Assembly: GCA_963748215.1 (NCBI GenBank)
Contig: CAVVHS010000005.1
Coordinates: 64,001 to 128,000, forward strand
From: an uncultured Gammaproteobacteria bacterium
GTDB lineage: Bacteria > Pseudomonadota > Gammaproteobacteria > UBA9214
Direction: 5' to 3'
Length of the DNA stretch: 64,000 bases
Part shown: one piece after another, positions 19,989 to 30,074 of the stretch
Layout: every line of letters begins with the position of its first letter
Position numbering within the stretch: position 1 is the stretch's first letter
Program-made: the position numbers and the translations under genes
The notes under the pieces: generated by a model
The model's input: the letters and a program-made list of their open reading frames with translations, nothing else
What the model was told of the DNA's origin: nothing
Database searches by the model: none

Positions 19989-21308
19989 TCAGCTGTCCTG
20001 GGTTGGCGGGATGCGCAGGGTATCGCCGACCCGCAGCGTGTCGGTCTTCAGGCTGTTGTAGCCGCGCAGACTGTTGAGCGAAACGCTGAATTGCTGTGCG
20101 ATATCGCTCAGGGTATCGCCGCGCTTGATCACGTAGTTGCGCGCCATCAGCGTGCCGGGCGGCGGATGCTTGCCGAAATAGTCACGAATCCCGCGCAGCA
20201 TGGAGGTCGCCAGCTGCTGCTGATGTTTCGCGTCGCGCAGCTTCTGCTCTTCCGCCGGATTGGAGATAAACGCCGTTTCGACCAGGATGGAGGGAATATC
20301 CGGCGATTTCAGCACCACGAAGCCGGCTTGCTGTACGCTTGATTTATGCGTCTTGCCCATGCGCTTGAGCTCACCGAGCATGTTGTCGGCAACGGAAAAA
20401 CTCGCCTCCAGCGTCGCGGTCTGCGACAGGTCCAGCAGCACCTCGCGCAGCAGGTCATCCTTGTCGTCCAGGCTCACGCCGCCCACCAGGTCGGCGGCGT
20501 TTTCGCGCGCCGCCAGCACCCGCGCCATTTCCGAGGAAGCACCACCCCGCGACAGCACGTAGACCGAGGAACCTGAGGCACGGTGATCCTTGAAGCCATC
20601 GGCATGGATCGAAATGAACAGGTCGGCCTTGTGCTTGCGCGCCTTTTCGATGCGCTGGCGCAGGCCGACGTAATAGTCGCCTTCGCGAATCAGCACCGGC
20701 CGCATGCCCGGCTCCTTCTCCACCAGGCGGGCCAGACGCTTGGCGATGGCCAGCACCACGTCCTTTTCACGTGTCTTGCGCCGGCCGACCGCACCCGGGT
20801 CGTCGCCGCCGTGGCCGGCGTCGATTGCGATCACCAGGTCACGCGCCGTATCGGGCGGTGTGATCATGGCCTGCTTGATATCCCGCTTCACGGGCGCCGT
20901 GGCAGTACGGGTCGCTGCCGCGGCCGGGTCATCCGCATACAGGTCGATGACCAGGCGATGGCCGTACTGGCCGTTCGGCGTGAGGTGAAAGCTGCGCGGC
21001 TTGGCCGCCGTAGTGAGATCGAGCACGATGCGCAGGGTGTCCGGTTTGTTTTTTGCCGCGCGGATGCCCTTGATCACCCCGCCGGTGGCCTGCAGGGCCG
21101 CTGGCGCCTGCGCCGACGGCACATCGACCACCAGCCGATGCGGATTCTGCAGGGTGAGCAGCTTATGGGTGACCGGGCCGCTGGTGTCGAAGACTACCCG
21201 GGTGTGGTCGGGGGCCGCCCACAGGCGTACGCTCAAAAAGTCTGCGTCAGCGAACGCAACTCCCTGTCCTGCAACCAGAAAACACAATCCTGTGAGCAGT
21301 TTTCGCAC
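19989..21308 (-). CDS. amiB: N-acetylmuramoyl-L-alanine amidase (AMIN-Amidase_3-LysM)
   Basis: Signal peptide, IDAGHGGDDPGA, FISIHAD, SILVETAFISNP, C-terminal LysM; sits between tsaE and mutL. Confidence 0.88.
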   Translation of the reverse strand: MRKLLTGLCFLVAGQGVAFADADFLSVRLWAAPDHTRVVFDTSGPVTHKLLTLQNPHRLVVDVPSAQAPAALQATGGVIKGIRAAKNKPDTLRIVLDLTTAAKPRSFHLTPNGQYGHRLVIDLYADDPAAAATRTATAPVKRDIKQAMITPPDTARDLVIAIDAGHGGDDPGAVGRRKTREKDVVLAIAKRLARLVEKEPGMRPVLIREGDYYVGLRQRIEKARKHKADLFISIHADGFKDHRASGSSVYVLSRGGASSEMARVLAARENAADLVGGVSLDDKDDLLREVLLDLSQTATLEASFSVADNMLGELKRMGKTHKSSVQQAGFVVLKSPDIPSILVETAFISNPAEEQKLRDAKHQQQLATSMLRGIRDYFGKHPPPGTLMARNYVIKRGDTLSDIAQQFSVSLNSLRGYNSLKTDTLRVGDTLRIPPTQDS

Positions 21309-21451
21309 GGTTCTCGCGCCCCCTATACCCTGACCATTTTAGGGGATTCTAGCCATAAACGACGGGGAATTGCAACAAATATTGTTTATTCTCCTCAAGA
21401 TAGCGCTCAAACCTGTGCGTCAAGAAGAGGTCACGTAGCTAACGAACTCAA

Positions 21452-21904
21452 TCACAACGACTCGAACAAATCCAACATATGCCGTCCACGGACACTTGCA
21501 GACACCAGATCGACGCTTCGCCCCCCGTTGGCAGGGGCGATCCTGACGACCAGGTCCGGCGCCGGCAGGCTGCCGGCGCCACGCTCCGGCCACTCGATCA
21601 GGAGCAGCGTTCCGGGATCCAGCATGTCGCGCAGACCGAGCCACTCCAGCTCCTCGGGATCGGCCAGCCGGTACAGGTCCAGGTGGTACACCATGCCCTG
21701 CGCGACCGGGTACGGCTCGACCAGCGTATAGGTCGGACTGCGCACGCTGCCTGCGTGACCCAGTCCGTGCAGGATGCCGCGCGCCAGCGTGGTCTTTCCC
21801 GCGCCGAGGTTGCCCTCGAGAAAGACGATGCCGCTGTCCAGCACGCGTGCCAGGCGCCCCCCGAGCGCCGCCATGGCGGCGGCATCCGCGACCTCGATGT
21901 TCAT
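21452..21904 (-). CDS. tsaE: tRNA threonylcarbamoyladenosine biosynthesis ATPase
   Basis: GNLGAGKTT, SPTYTLVEPY, HLDLYRL, IEWPE; ATGA overlap with nnr. Confidence 0.95.
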   Translation of the reverse strand: MNIEVADAAAMAALGGRLARVLDSGIVFLEGNLGAGKTTLARGILHGLGHAGSVRSPTYTLVEPYPVAQGMVYHLDLYRLADPEELEWLGLRDMLDPGTLLLIEWPERGAGSLPAPDLVVRIAPANGGRSVDLVSASVRGRHMLDLFESL

Positions 21905-23403
21905 TCCTGGCAAGCAGCGATCACGGCACGCAATGCACCGATGACATCGCGCGCGAGCAGGCCGCGCTCCCCGCCGCGCGCGGCATGGTCGGCGGCCCGG
22001 GCATGCAGGCAGACGCCGGTAACCGCCGCCTCAGGCAATGCCATGCCCTGGGCCAGCAAGGCGCCCAGCAACCCGCTGAGCACGTCGCCCATGCCGCCGG
22101 AGGCCATGCCGGGATTGCCGGCCGCACAGATCACCGGCACGCGGCCGGGTGCCTGCACGATGCTGCCGGCCCCTTTCAGCACCGTCACCCCGCCGTAACG
22201 CGCGCTGATTGACTGCGCCGCGGCGAAGCGGTCGGCCTGTACGGCCCGGCTGTCGAGGCCTGCCAGGCGCGCGGCCTCGCCCGGGTGCGGTGTGAGAATA
22301 CTGTGTGCGCACACCACCGGATCCTGCGCCAGCAGGTTGAGGGCATCGGCATCGATCACGCGTGGCTGCCGGGTGGTCAGCACGCAGGCCAGCAGGTCCT
22401 GTGCCCAGGATGAACGACCCAGACCGGGTCCGATCACGATGACCGTGGCCTTCACCAGCAAGGGTTGCAGGTCGCGCGCGGTGGCCACGCCGTGACACAT
22501 CAGCTCCGGACAGCCGGCGCTGATCCAGGCGGCATGCTCCGGGCGCGTCGCCACGCTCACCAGTCCGGCACCGCTACGCAAGGCCGCCTCGCCGGCCAGG
22601 CGCGCGGCCCCGGCCATACCATGATCGCCGCCGATCACCAGCACATGCCCGAAGTCCCCCTTGTGCGCCGTGCGCGCCCGCGGCGTGGACAGCAGGCCAT
22701 CGGGCGGTCCGTGCCGCAGCTCGGCCGCCGGCGCGACGCGCTGCAACACGCCGCCCGGTATATCGAGATCGGCACAGACGATAGTGCCGCACTGCGCCGG
22801 CCCCGCGCCCGTGTACAGCCCCGGCTTGTGACCGATAAAGGTCACCGTCAACTGCGCACGAACGGCGGTGTCCGCCACGTGGCCGGTATCGGCGTGCAGG
22901 CCACTGGGAATATCCATGGCCATGACCGGCACGCCCGCTCCATTGATGGTATCGATCACCTCGATCCAGTGCGTGTCGAGGCGGCCGGCGAAGCCGGTGC
23001 CCAGCAAGGCGTCGACGATGAGGTCCGCATCCGCCAGTGTGGCGGCATCGAATGGTGCCACGCTGCCGCCGGCCTCCAGCCAGGCGCTGCGCGCTGTCAG
23101 GGCATCGCCGCGGATACGCTGTTCATCGCCCAGCTGCAGCACCCGCACGCTGCGCCCGTCCGCACGCGCCAACCGCGCCAGCACATAGCCGTCACCGCCG
23201 TTGTTGCCGGCCCCGCACAGCACGACCAGCGTGCGCGCCTGTGGCCAGCGCGTGCGCAAGGCTGTCCAGGCCGCGCCGGCGGCCCGCTGCATCAGGGTGT
23301 AGCCGGGAATACCGGCCGCCTCGATGGCGAGCCGGTCCAGCTCGCGCATCTGCGCCGCGCGGTAGAGCGGGATGCCGTCGCCTGTCAGGGTGTTCGCCGT
23401 CAT
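21901..23403 (-). CDS. nnr: Bifunctional NAD(P)H-hydrate epimerase/dehydratase
   Basis: GAGNNGGDG, DALLGTG, DIPSG, HKGDFG, LTPHPGEAARL, GGMGDVLSG. Start reassigned to MTANT because the longer ORF runs antisense into queG. Confidence 0.93.
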   Translation of the reverse strand: MTANTLTGDGIPLYRAAQMRELDRLAIEAAGIPGYTLMQRAAGAAWTALRTRWPQARTLVVLCGAGNNGGDGYVLARLARADGRSVRVLQLGDEQRIRGDALTARSAWLEAGGSVAPFDAATLADADLIVDALLGTGFAGRLDTHWIEVIDTINGAGVPVMAMDIPSGLHADTGHVADTAVRAQLTVTFIGHKPGLYTGAGPAQCGTIVCADLDIPGGVLQRVAPAAELRHGPPDGLLSTPRARTAHKGDFGHVLVIGGDHGMAGAARLAGEAALRSGAGLVSVATRPEHAAWISAGCPELMCHGVATARDLQPLLVKATVIVIGPGLGRSSWAQDLLACVLTTRQPRVIDADALNLLAQDPVVCAHSILTPHPGEAARLAGLDSRAVQADRFAAAQSISARYGGVTVLKGAGSIVQAPGRVPVICAAGNPGMASGGMGDVLSGLLGALLAQGMALPEAAVTGVCLHARAADHAARGGERGLLARDVIGALRAVIAACQE

Positions 23404-23469
23404 GAGCTGCCTTGCAATTGCGGAGAATACGGCAACATACTCTGAAGCCGACCGCCAAATCCAGTCCTC

Positions 23470-24549
23470 ATGAGCCACCCACCCGCAGCTGACAACCCGA
23501 TCGATTACGGCGCACTGGCCGCACAAATCCGGTCCTGGGCCCTTGAGCTCGGCTTTCAGCAGGCCGGTATCGCCGGCATCGAGCTGGCCGCGGACGAGTT
23601 GCGCCTGCTCGAGTGGCTGCGTGCCGGGCATCACGGCGAGATGGACTACATGGCGCGTCACGGGACGCGGCGCAGCCGGCCGGCGGAACTGCTGCCGGGC
23701 ACACTGCGGGTCATTACGCTGCGCATGGATTACTGGCCCGGCACGGCCCGCCCCGCCGGGGCGGTGCTCGACGATCCGCAGCGCGGTTATGTGTCGCGCT
23801 ACGCGCTTGGCCGCGACTACCACAAGCTCGTCAGGCAGCGCCTGCAGCGGCTGGCCGACCGCATCAGCGCCGTGACCGGCCCGTTCGGCTACCGCGCCTT
23901 CACCGACAGCGCGCCGGTGCTGGAAAAGCCGCTGGCGCGCAACGCGGGCCTGGGCTGGATCGGCAAGCACACCAACCTGATCAACGAACGCGCCGGCTCC
24001 TGGTTCTTTCTCGGCGAGCTGTATACCGACCTGCCATTACCCATGGACCGGCCCGCGGACGACCACTGCGGCGACTGCCACGCCTGCATCGACGCCTGCC
24101 CGACCGGTGCGATCATCGCACCCTACACCCTCGATGCGCGGCGCTGCATTTCCTACCTGACTATCGAGCTGCGCGGCCCGATCCCGGAGCCGTTACGCCC
24201 GCTGATCGGCAACCGCATCTACGGCTGTGATGACTGCCAGCTGGTCTGCCCCTGGAACCGCTTCGCCCGGCCGACCGGCGAACGTGACTTTGCACCGCGG
24301 CACGCGCTCGATGCCGGGACACTCGTGGAACTGTTCGAATGGAGTGCGCAGGACTTCGACCGGCATACCCGCGGCAGCGCGATTCGTCGTATCGGCCACG
24401 ATTGCTGGCTGCGCAATATCGCCGTGGCACTGGGCAACGCGCCCGCCGCGCCGGCGATCATCGCCGCCCTCGAGCGCCGCAGGGCGCACCCTTCCGCCCT
24501 GGTGCGCGAACATGTCGAGTGGGCGTTAGGCCGTCACGACAGCGCGTGA
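23470..24549 (+). CDS. queG: Epoxyqueuosine reductase
   Basis: SRYALGRDYH, DSAPVLE, CGDCHACIDACPT, CISYLTIE, GCDDCQLVCPWN. Confidence 0.96.
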   Translation: MSHPPAADNPIDYGALAAQIRSWALELGFQQAGIAGIELAADELRLLEWLRAGHHGEMDYMARHGTRRSRPAELLPGTLRVITLRMDYWPGTARPAGAVLDDPQRGYVSRYALGRDYHKLVRQRLQRLADRISAVTGPFGYRAFTDSAPVLEKPLARNAGLGWIGKHTNLINERAGSWFFLGELYTDLPLPMDRPADDHCGDCHACIDACPTGAIIAPYTLDARRCISYLTIELRGPIPEPLRPLIGNRIYGCDDCQLVCPWNRFARPTGERDFAPRHALDAGTLVELFEWSAQDFDRHTRGSAIRRIGHDCWLRNIAVALGNAPAAPAIIAALERRRAHPSALVREHVEWALGRHDSA

Positions 24550-26501
24550 TGGCGGCACCCGCGGTGCCGGCGCGCGAGAAAGACCAGCGCCGCGAGCATC
24601 AGCCCGGGTAACAGGGGATCGATCCGGCCCGCACTCCCCAGGCTGCAGCCGCCGCCACCAGCACTCGCAGCCAAGGGCGCAGCCGGAGGCGCCGCGACCG
24701 GCACGGTCACGACCCGGCTGTCGCTCGCCAGCGTCTCGGCGGTGGGTGGATTGTTCTGGTACAGCGCCTTGAAATCGATCACCCGCGCGTTGTTGCTGCT
24801 CAGGCCCAGGACGAAGCCGGGGCGGATCGTCTGGAACAGCAGCTCCGCATCGACGGTATATGGCCCGTTCGCGCCGCCTGTCGGGACACGGTAATGGACG
24901 GTGTCGGAGCCGGTGCCCTCCACCGGCCCGGCCAGGTTGAAATCGTTGTCGCCGGCAGTGCCAACCGGCAGCGTCTGCGGTTCGATCGCATTCGCCATGG
25001 CCGTGGTGAACCCTTCCGGCGGCAGGCGGTTGTCCTTCAGATACGCTTCGGCGTACAGCACGATATAGGTGATGTCGGCATTGGTATCACCCAGCACGGC
25101 TTCGTACACCGCGACCTGTGACGCATTGTCGATGACATCGCGATGCGGCTCGTAGCAGGCACTGCTGTCGAAATTCTGCGGCTTGGTCGCCGCCAGGCAT
25201 CCCGCCGCCAGGTGCGCGGCATCGGTGGTGATGCGGCCATTGGCATCGACCGCGCCCGACTCGAAAATGACCTGGTTGGCCGCATCCCTCACCGTCAGGT
25301 GTATCCAGGCGCGTCGACTGGGAAAGCCGCTCGGAAACTTGTGACCGGTGCGGTTGGTGATTTGCACATCGATAGCCAGCTCGTTATTGGCAATGTTCGC
25401 CGCATTGATCACCAGGTCGGCCGTTGCCGTCTGCAGCAGGTTGCGGGTCACGGCGATCTGCGCATCGAACCCGGCCACGGTGGTGCTGGCGTCGATACCC
25501 AGCTGCACACGATTGTCCCGTAGCAGCTCGAGCAGGTAGGTGTTGCCACCGGCAAGGATATGGCTGAAGTACGGACTGCGCACCGGCCAGTTTTCGTTGA
25601 CCGCGCCATTCGGCTGGACACTGATGCGGGTACTGTACAGACCGGGATCCGGCTCGGGCATGTGGCAGCCCTGGCATTCCTGCGCCTTGGCCGCACCCGT
25701 GGTGTAGACGCTGTTTTGCCATTCGAGGAACGCGCCCTGCTCCAGAAAATCATTGCCCGTGGCGGTATCGGTATTGATGTCCACGACCGGTGTATACAGG
25801 GTGTGGCAGGTGGCACAGTGGCCGGATCCGGTCACCTGCTGGCCGAACTGCGGCGTGTAGCCGGTGTTGTTGAACATGACATTTGCGCCACCCGGGTGGG
25901 GGTTTTGATACGGCCCGTAAATGGTCATGGCATCCGCGTCGCCGGGCGCCGGGATCTGGAAGCCACCTGTGAAAGATGCCGCGGTGCCGAGGCCGGCGTC
26001 CCTGACCTGGTGACAGAGCGTGCAGCTGACCCCTTCCCGCGCGGGGTCCTGCGCCTCGGCCGTCGCCAGCCGGTAGCAGCCATCGTTCAGCGTGCAGCTG
26101 GCATCCTGGGTCAGATCGACGCCGGCCATGTGGGCATGCGTGCGGGCCATGGGCGTATGGCAGGTCAGGCACTTGTCCTCGATAAACCCGGCCAGCGCCG
26201 GCAGCACGGCAGCCTCGTCTTCAACGGCGGCACGGAAATAGGGATCATCCAGGGCATGCGCCATGACGCTGTGCTGCCACTGGCTCGGCGGGCTGACATC
26301 CGCGCCGCTGTCGGATGCGGGATAGCGCATCACGGGAGAAATATTAACGTCCTGATCGCTGCTGGCGCGATGGCAGCGGGCGCAGTTGCTTGCGGCGCTG
26401 AACACACCGAGCGTGCCCCAGTCGGGATCGAACGGCACGGCCTGTACGCCGGTGGCGCAAGCCGCGAGCATGATGACGACCAGCCCGTTGAATGTGTGCA
26501 T
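24534..26501 (-). CDS. Exported pentaheme cytochrome c with JDVT-CTERM-like C-terminal sorting tail
   Basis: Signal peptide; five CxxCH (CARCH, CLTCH, CTLCH, CATCH, CQGCH); GHKFPSGFPSRRAW beta-domain; tail GGGGCSLGSAGRIDPLL-hydrophobic-RRHR. Confidence 0.8.
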   Translation of the reverse strand: MHTFNGLVVIMLAACATGVQAVPFDPDWGTLGVFSAASNCARCHRASSDQDVNISPVMRYPASDSGADVSPPSQWQHSVMAHALDDPYFRAAVEDEAAVLPALAGFIEDKCLTCHTPMARTHAHMAGVDLTQDASCTLNDGCYRLATAEAQDPAREGVSCTLCHQVRDAGLGTAASFTGGFQIPAPGDADAMTIYGPYQNPHPGGANVMFNNTGYTPQFGQQVTGSGHCATCHTLYTPVVDINTDTATGNDFLEQGAFLEWQNSVYTTGAAKAQECQGCHMPEPDPGLYSTRISVQPNGAVNENWPVRSPYFSHILAGGNTYLLELLRDNRVQLGIDASTTVAGFDAQIAVTRNLLQTATADLVINAANIANNELAIDVQITNRTGHKFPSGFPSRRAWIHLTVRDAANQVIFESGAVDANGRITTDAAHLAAGCLAATKPQNFDSSACYEPHRDVIDNASQVAVYEAVLGDTNADITYIVLYAEAYLKDNRLPPEGFTTAMANAIEPQTLPVGTAGDNDFNLAGPVEGTGSDTVHYRVPTGGANGPYTVDAELLFQTIRPGFVLGLSSNNARVIDFKALYQNNPPTAETLASDSRVVTVPVAAPPAAPLAASAGGGGCSLGSAGRIDPLLPGLMLAALVFLARRHRGCRHHALS

Positions 26502-26538
26502 CGATCCCCCTCCTGCGGCAACAGCAGATTTGAATGGT

Positions 26539-26557
26539 GATAAGCAAAATCATTATC
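26539..26557. promoter_or_regulatory. Fur box upstream of the multiheme cytochrome
   Basis: GATAAGCAAAATCATTATC matches GATAATGATAATCATTATC at 16/19 positions, 38 bp from the ATG. Confidence 0.7.
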
Positions 26558-26755
26558 ACCGGCATTTATGCCAACCGCATTGAGGATGATCATAATTAGG
26601 CCGAATTCGTGCCACAGTCTCGCCATGCCAATCGTGCCGGATCATTGACGGCGGCAAGACCGGCTACTGCTGCGGCCACCGCCTGGCCTGGGGCCGCACG
26701 CGGCATGCGCGCAACGGGGAATGGCACAGGACGCCTGGCCCCGCGTATCGACACA

Positions 26756-27616
26756 TCAGGACAACCGGTTTTTCAGCTCCAGACCGTACTCGTACAGCCG
26801 GTTTTTCGAGACGCCACTGATGCCGGCCGCCAGTGCCGCGGCCTGCCGGAGCGGCAGTTGCCCGAGCAGGACCTCGAGCGTGTGGCGTGCGGCCTCATCC
26901 AGCTGGTCCGGATCGTGCGCCGCGCCCTGCACCAGCACCACGAACTCACCCTTTTGCTGATCGGTATCGTGGCGCAACCGCTCGAGCAACTCCGCCAGGG
27001 TTCCCTCGATGAGGGTTTCAAAGGTCTTCGTCAACTCGCGCGCGATTACCGCATGACGTGCCGCATCCAGGCAGTCCGCCATATCGACCAGGCTATCGAG
27101 GATGCGGTGGCTGGATTCGTAGAACACCAGCGTGACCTCCGAGCCGCGCAATGCCTGCAGGCGTTGCCGGCGCGCCGCCTGCCGGGGTGGCAGAAAACCC
27201 TCGAACAGAAAACGGTCCGTCGGTAACCCGGACACGGAGAGTGCGGCCACCAGCGCCGACGGCCCGGGCACCGGTACCACGCGCACGCCGGCCTGGCGCG
27301 CCGCGCGCACCAGCACGAATCCGGGATCGCTGATCAACGGCGTGCCGGCATCGGATACCAGTGCAATCCGTTCCCCGGCCAGGAGCCGGTCCAGCAGCCG
27401 TCTGCTGATATCGCGCTCATTGTGCTCGTGCAATGCCAGCAGCGGCGTGGCAATGCCGTAGTGCGCGAACAGCTTGCGGGTATGCCGGGTATCCTCGGCC
27501 GCAACCCGATTCACCGACTTGAGGGTATCGACGGCACGCCATGTCATGTCCTGCAAATTGCCGATCGGCGTCGCAACGATATACAGCACACCTTTTTCAG
27601 TCGCGTCTCGGGACAT
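26756..27616 (-). CDS. rsmI: 16S rRNA C1402 2'-O-methyltransferase
   Basis: LYIVATPIGNL, AEDTRHT, SDAGTPLISDPG, RELTKTFE; divergent from lpoA. Confidence 0.97.
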   Translation of the reverse strand: MSRDATEKGVLYIVATPIGNLQDMTWRAVDTLKSVNRVAAEDTRHTRKLFAHYGIATPLLALHEHNERDISRRLLDRLLAGERIALVSDAGTPLISDPGFVLVRAARQAGVRVVPVPGPSALVAALSVSGLPTDRFLFEGFLPPRQAARRQRLQALRGSEVTLVFYESSHRILDSLVDMADCLDAARHAVIARELTKTFETLIEGTLAELLERLRHDTDQQKGEFVVLVQGAAHDPDQLDEAARHTLEVLLGQLPLRQAAALAAGISGVSKNRLYEYGLELKNRLS

Positions 27617-27729
27617 GGCAGCCGCATCCTAGCAGAGATAGCCACCTGCGGTCGGCCGGCACGGTTAAAAGTGGACGCCACAGCCGCTTTTCAGTAGAGT
27701 CTGCCGCACATCCATGCGCCTGATTTCAC

Positions 27730-29631
27730 ATGACTGTTTTCACGTTTAACTGGAGAATCCGGCTGTGTGCCGGCCTGCTGGCCGCCCTGCTCGCCGGGTG
27801 CGGTGGCATGCCCCCGCTCGTCAAACCCGGCACCGACCGCTTGCAGACGCAGGCGCAGGCACTGGAGGACGCCGGCAACTACCAGGGTGCCGCGCAGGTC
27901 TACCTGCAGGCCGCGACCGGGGCGGCCATCCCGGAAAAATACCGCCTGCAACTGCTCGCCGCGGGCAGCCTGATCCGTGGCAACGAGCTGGCGAGCGCCG
28001 CGCCCCTGCTTGACCAGCTGCAGGCGGCGGGTCTTACCGGTGTCCTGCAGCAGCACTACGACATTCGGCGCGCGGCGCTGGAACTTGCCCAGCAGCATCC
28101 GGAACAGGCACTGGCCCTGCTGCAGACCCCACCGGCCGATGAAACCTTGCGGATCGAGTATCACCGGCTGCGCGCCGAGGCCCTGCTGCAGAATTCGCAG
28201 TTTTTCCCCAGTGCCCGGGAACGTATCCTGCTCGACCCCCTGCTGAGCGATCCCGCACAGCAGCTGGCCAACCAGCGCGCGCTCTGGGACGCACTCAACA
28301 ACCTGACCGACAACGAATTGCAGCAGCTGCGCAAGGCACCACCACCCGACGCGCTGAGCGGCTGGATGGAGCTGGTCGAACTCACGCGCCTGTACCTGCA
28401 GCAGCCGGATGCCCTGGCCGAGGTGATTCCGCACTGGCAGCAGCGCTATCCCGAACATCCGGCCAGCCGCCAGTTCACCGCGCGGCTGCTGGAGACCATG
28501 CGCACCGCCGGGCAAGCGCCGGAACAGGTGGCAGTCCTGCTACCGCTGCAGGGCGAGCTTGCCGAGGTCGCCGGCGCCGTGCGCGACGGCATACTGGCTG
28601 CCTACTACGACACGCCCGAGGGCAGCAAGCGCCCGGTGTTGCGTATCTACGATTCCGGCACCTCGCCCGACCAGGCCGTCGCGGCCTACCAGCAGGCGGT
28701 GGCCGACGGGGCACGCTTCGTGATCGGCCCGCTGCGCAAGGAAGCGGTGGATGCGCTGGCGGGCCTGCAACCGCTGACGGTCCCGGTGCTCGGACTGAAC
28801 CAGAGTGAGGACCAAGGCCTCATGAATCCGGGCCTGTACCAGTTCGGCCTGGCGCCGGAGGACGAGGCCCGCGAGGCGGCGCGCCTGGCGTGGCGCAACG
28901 GCCTGACACGCAGTGTTGCACTGCTGCCGGACAATGACTGGGGTGAACGTGTCTACAGCGCGTTCGCCGATGAATGGCAGGCACTGGGCGGACGTATCCT
29001 GGAAACCGGGCGCTACAACGACAGCGAGGCCGACCACGGCAAGGTCATCAGCGCCCTGCTGAACCTGGATGCGAGCAAGGCACGTTACCAGCAACTCGCC
29101 CGGGCACTGGGTACGCGTCTGGAATTCGAACCGCGGCGCCGCCAGGATATCGATTTCGTATTCCTGATCGCCTCCCCCAGGCAGGCACGCCTGATCCGCC
29201 CGCAGCTCAGCTTCTACCACGCCTCCTCCCTGCCCGTGTATGCCACCTCGCGCGTGTACACCGGCATCCCCGACGACGCGCGGGACAGCGACATGAACGG
29301 CATCGTCTTCTGCGACATGCCGTGGACACTCGAGAGCCGCGAGAACTGGTCACACCTGCAGGGCTCGGTCGCGGAATTCTGGCCGGACAGCAGCAGCCGC
29401 TATGCCCGCCTGCTGGCGCTGGGTATCGATGCCTACCGCATCATTCCCTACCTCGGCGAACTCGGCAACAACATGCCCGGTGCCTACCACGGCGTCACCG
29501 GCAACCTGTCGCTGGGCGAGCACGGCCGGCTCAATCGAACACTGCGCTGCGCCCGTTTCCAGGACGGCGTGCCCGTGCTGCTCGAGCAGACCACCAGCGA
29601 CAGCGCGACGGACAGCGGCGGCTTGCGTTGA
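27730..29631 (+). CDS. lpoA: Penicillin-binding protein activator LpoA (LppC family lipoprotein)
   Basis: Lipobox LAGC, VLLPLQG, IGPLRKE, FGLAPEDEA, GVTGNLSL. Confidence 0.9.
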   Translation: MTVFTFNWRIRLCAGLLAALLAGCGGMPPLVKPGTDRLQTQAQALEDAGNYQGAAQVYLQAATGAAIPEKYRLQLLAAGSLIRGNELASAAPLLDQLQAAGLTGVLQQHYDIRRAALELAQQHPEQALALLQTPPADETLRIEYHRLRAEALLQNSQFFPSARERILLDPLLSDPAQQLANQRALWDALNNLTDNELQQLRKAPPPDALSGWMELVELTRLYLQQPDALAEVIPHWQQRYPEHPASRQFTARLLETMRTAGQAPEQVAVLLPLQGELAEVAGAVRDGILAAYYDTPEGSKRPVLRIYDSGTSPDQAVAAYQQAVADGARFVIGPLRKEAVDALAGLQPLTVPVLGLNQSEDQGLMNPGLYQFGLAPEDEAREAARLAWRNGLTRSVALLPDNDWGERVYSAFADEWQALGGRILETGRYNDSEADHGKVISALLNLDASKARYQQLARALGTRLEFEPRRRQDIDFVFLIASPRQARLIRPQLSFYHASSLPVYATSRVYTGIPDDARDSDMNGIVFCDMPWTLESRENWSHLQGSVAEFWPDSSSRYARLLALGIDAYRIIPYLGELGNNMPGAYHGVTGNLSLGEHGRLNRTLRCARFQDGVPVLLEQTTSDSATDSGGLR

Positions 29632-29984
29632 CCAGCGTGACCGCCGCCCGCGGCAGGGACGCGGAACAGCACGCCCGGGAACACCTGCAGGCACACGGAC
29701 TGAAGCTGTTGCAATGCAACTACCACAGCCGGCACGGCGAGATCGACCTGGTCATGCAGGACCGGGACAGCGTGGTCTTCGTTGAGGTACGATACCGCCG
29801 CCAGGCGTGCTTTGGCTCGGCGGCCGAAAGTGTGGACCGGCGCAAGCAGTCGCGTCTCATCGCCTGTGCGCAACACTACCTGCAGACACATCCGCACAGC
29901 GCCAGGCTGCCCTGCCGATTCGATGTGGTCACGATCAACGGCAACGACAGCCTGGACTGGATCAGGAATGCATTCAGCGCATGA
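29628..29984 (+). CDS. yraN: YraN/UPF0102 family nuclease-like protein
   Basis: G..AE..A...L, GEIDLVM, VFVEVRYR, RFDVV, WIRNAF. TTG start overlaps the lpoA stop (or GTG at 29637). Confidence 0.9.
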   Translation: MTSVTAARGRDAEQHAREHLQAHGLKLLQCNYHSRHGEIDLVMQDRDSVVFVEVRYRRQACFGSAAESVDRRKQSRLIACAQHYLQTHPHSARLPCRFDVVTINGNDSLDWIRNAFSA

Positions 29985-30074
29985 AGACACCGCGCCGCGG
30001 AACAACCGCCCGGACGCGGGGTCGCATAGCGAGTGATAACCGATAACCGCAGCATCGAGAGGAGAATCCCTTAC

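Noticed and set aside
23404-23970. N-terminal extension of nnr (and the long track versions of orn, rhdA, yraN, mtkA)
   Set aside because: The extensions overlap neighbouring genes or repeats; recognisable sequence starts at the internal start codons used.
26599-26615. Sigma54 promoter TGGCACGAATTCGGC upstream of the multiheme cytochrome
   Set aside because: GG-N10-GC spacing is right, but the -12 element is CGGC rather than TTGC; too weak to call.
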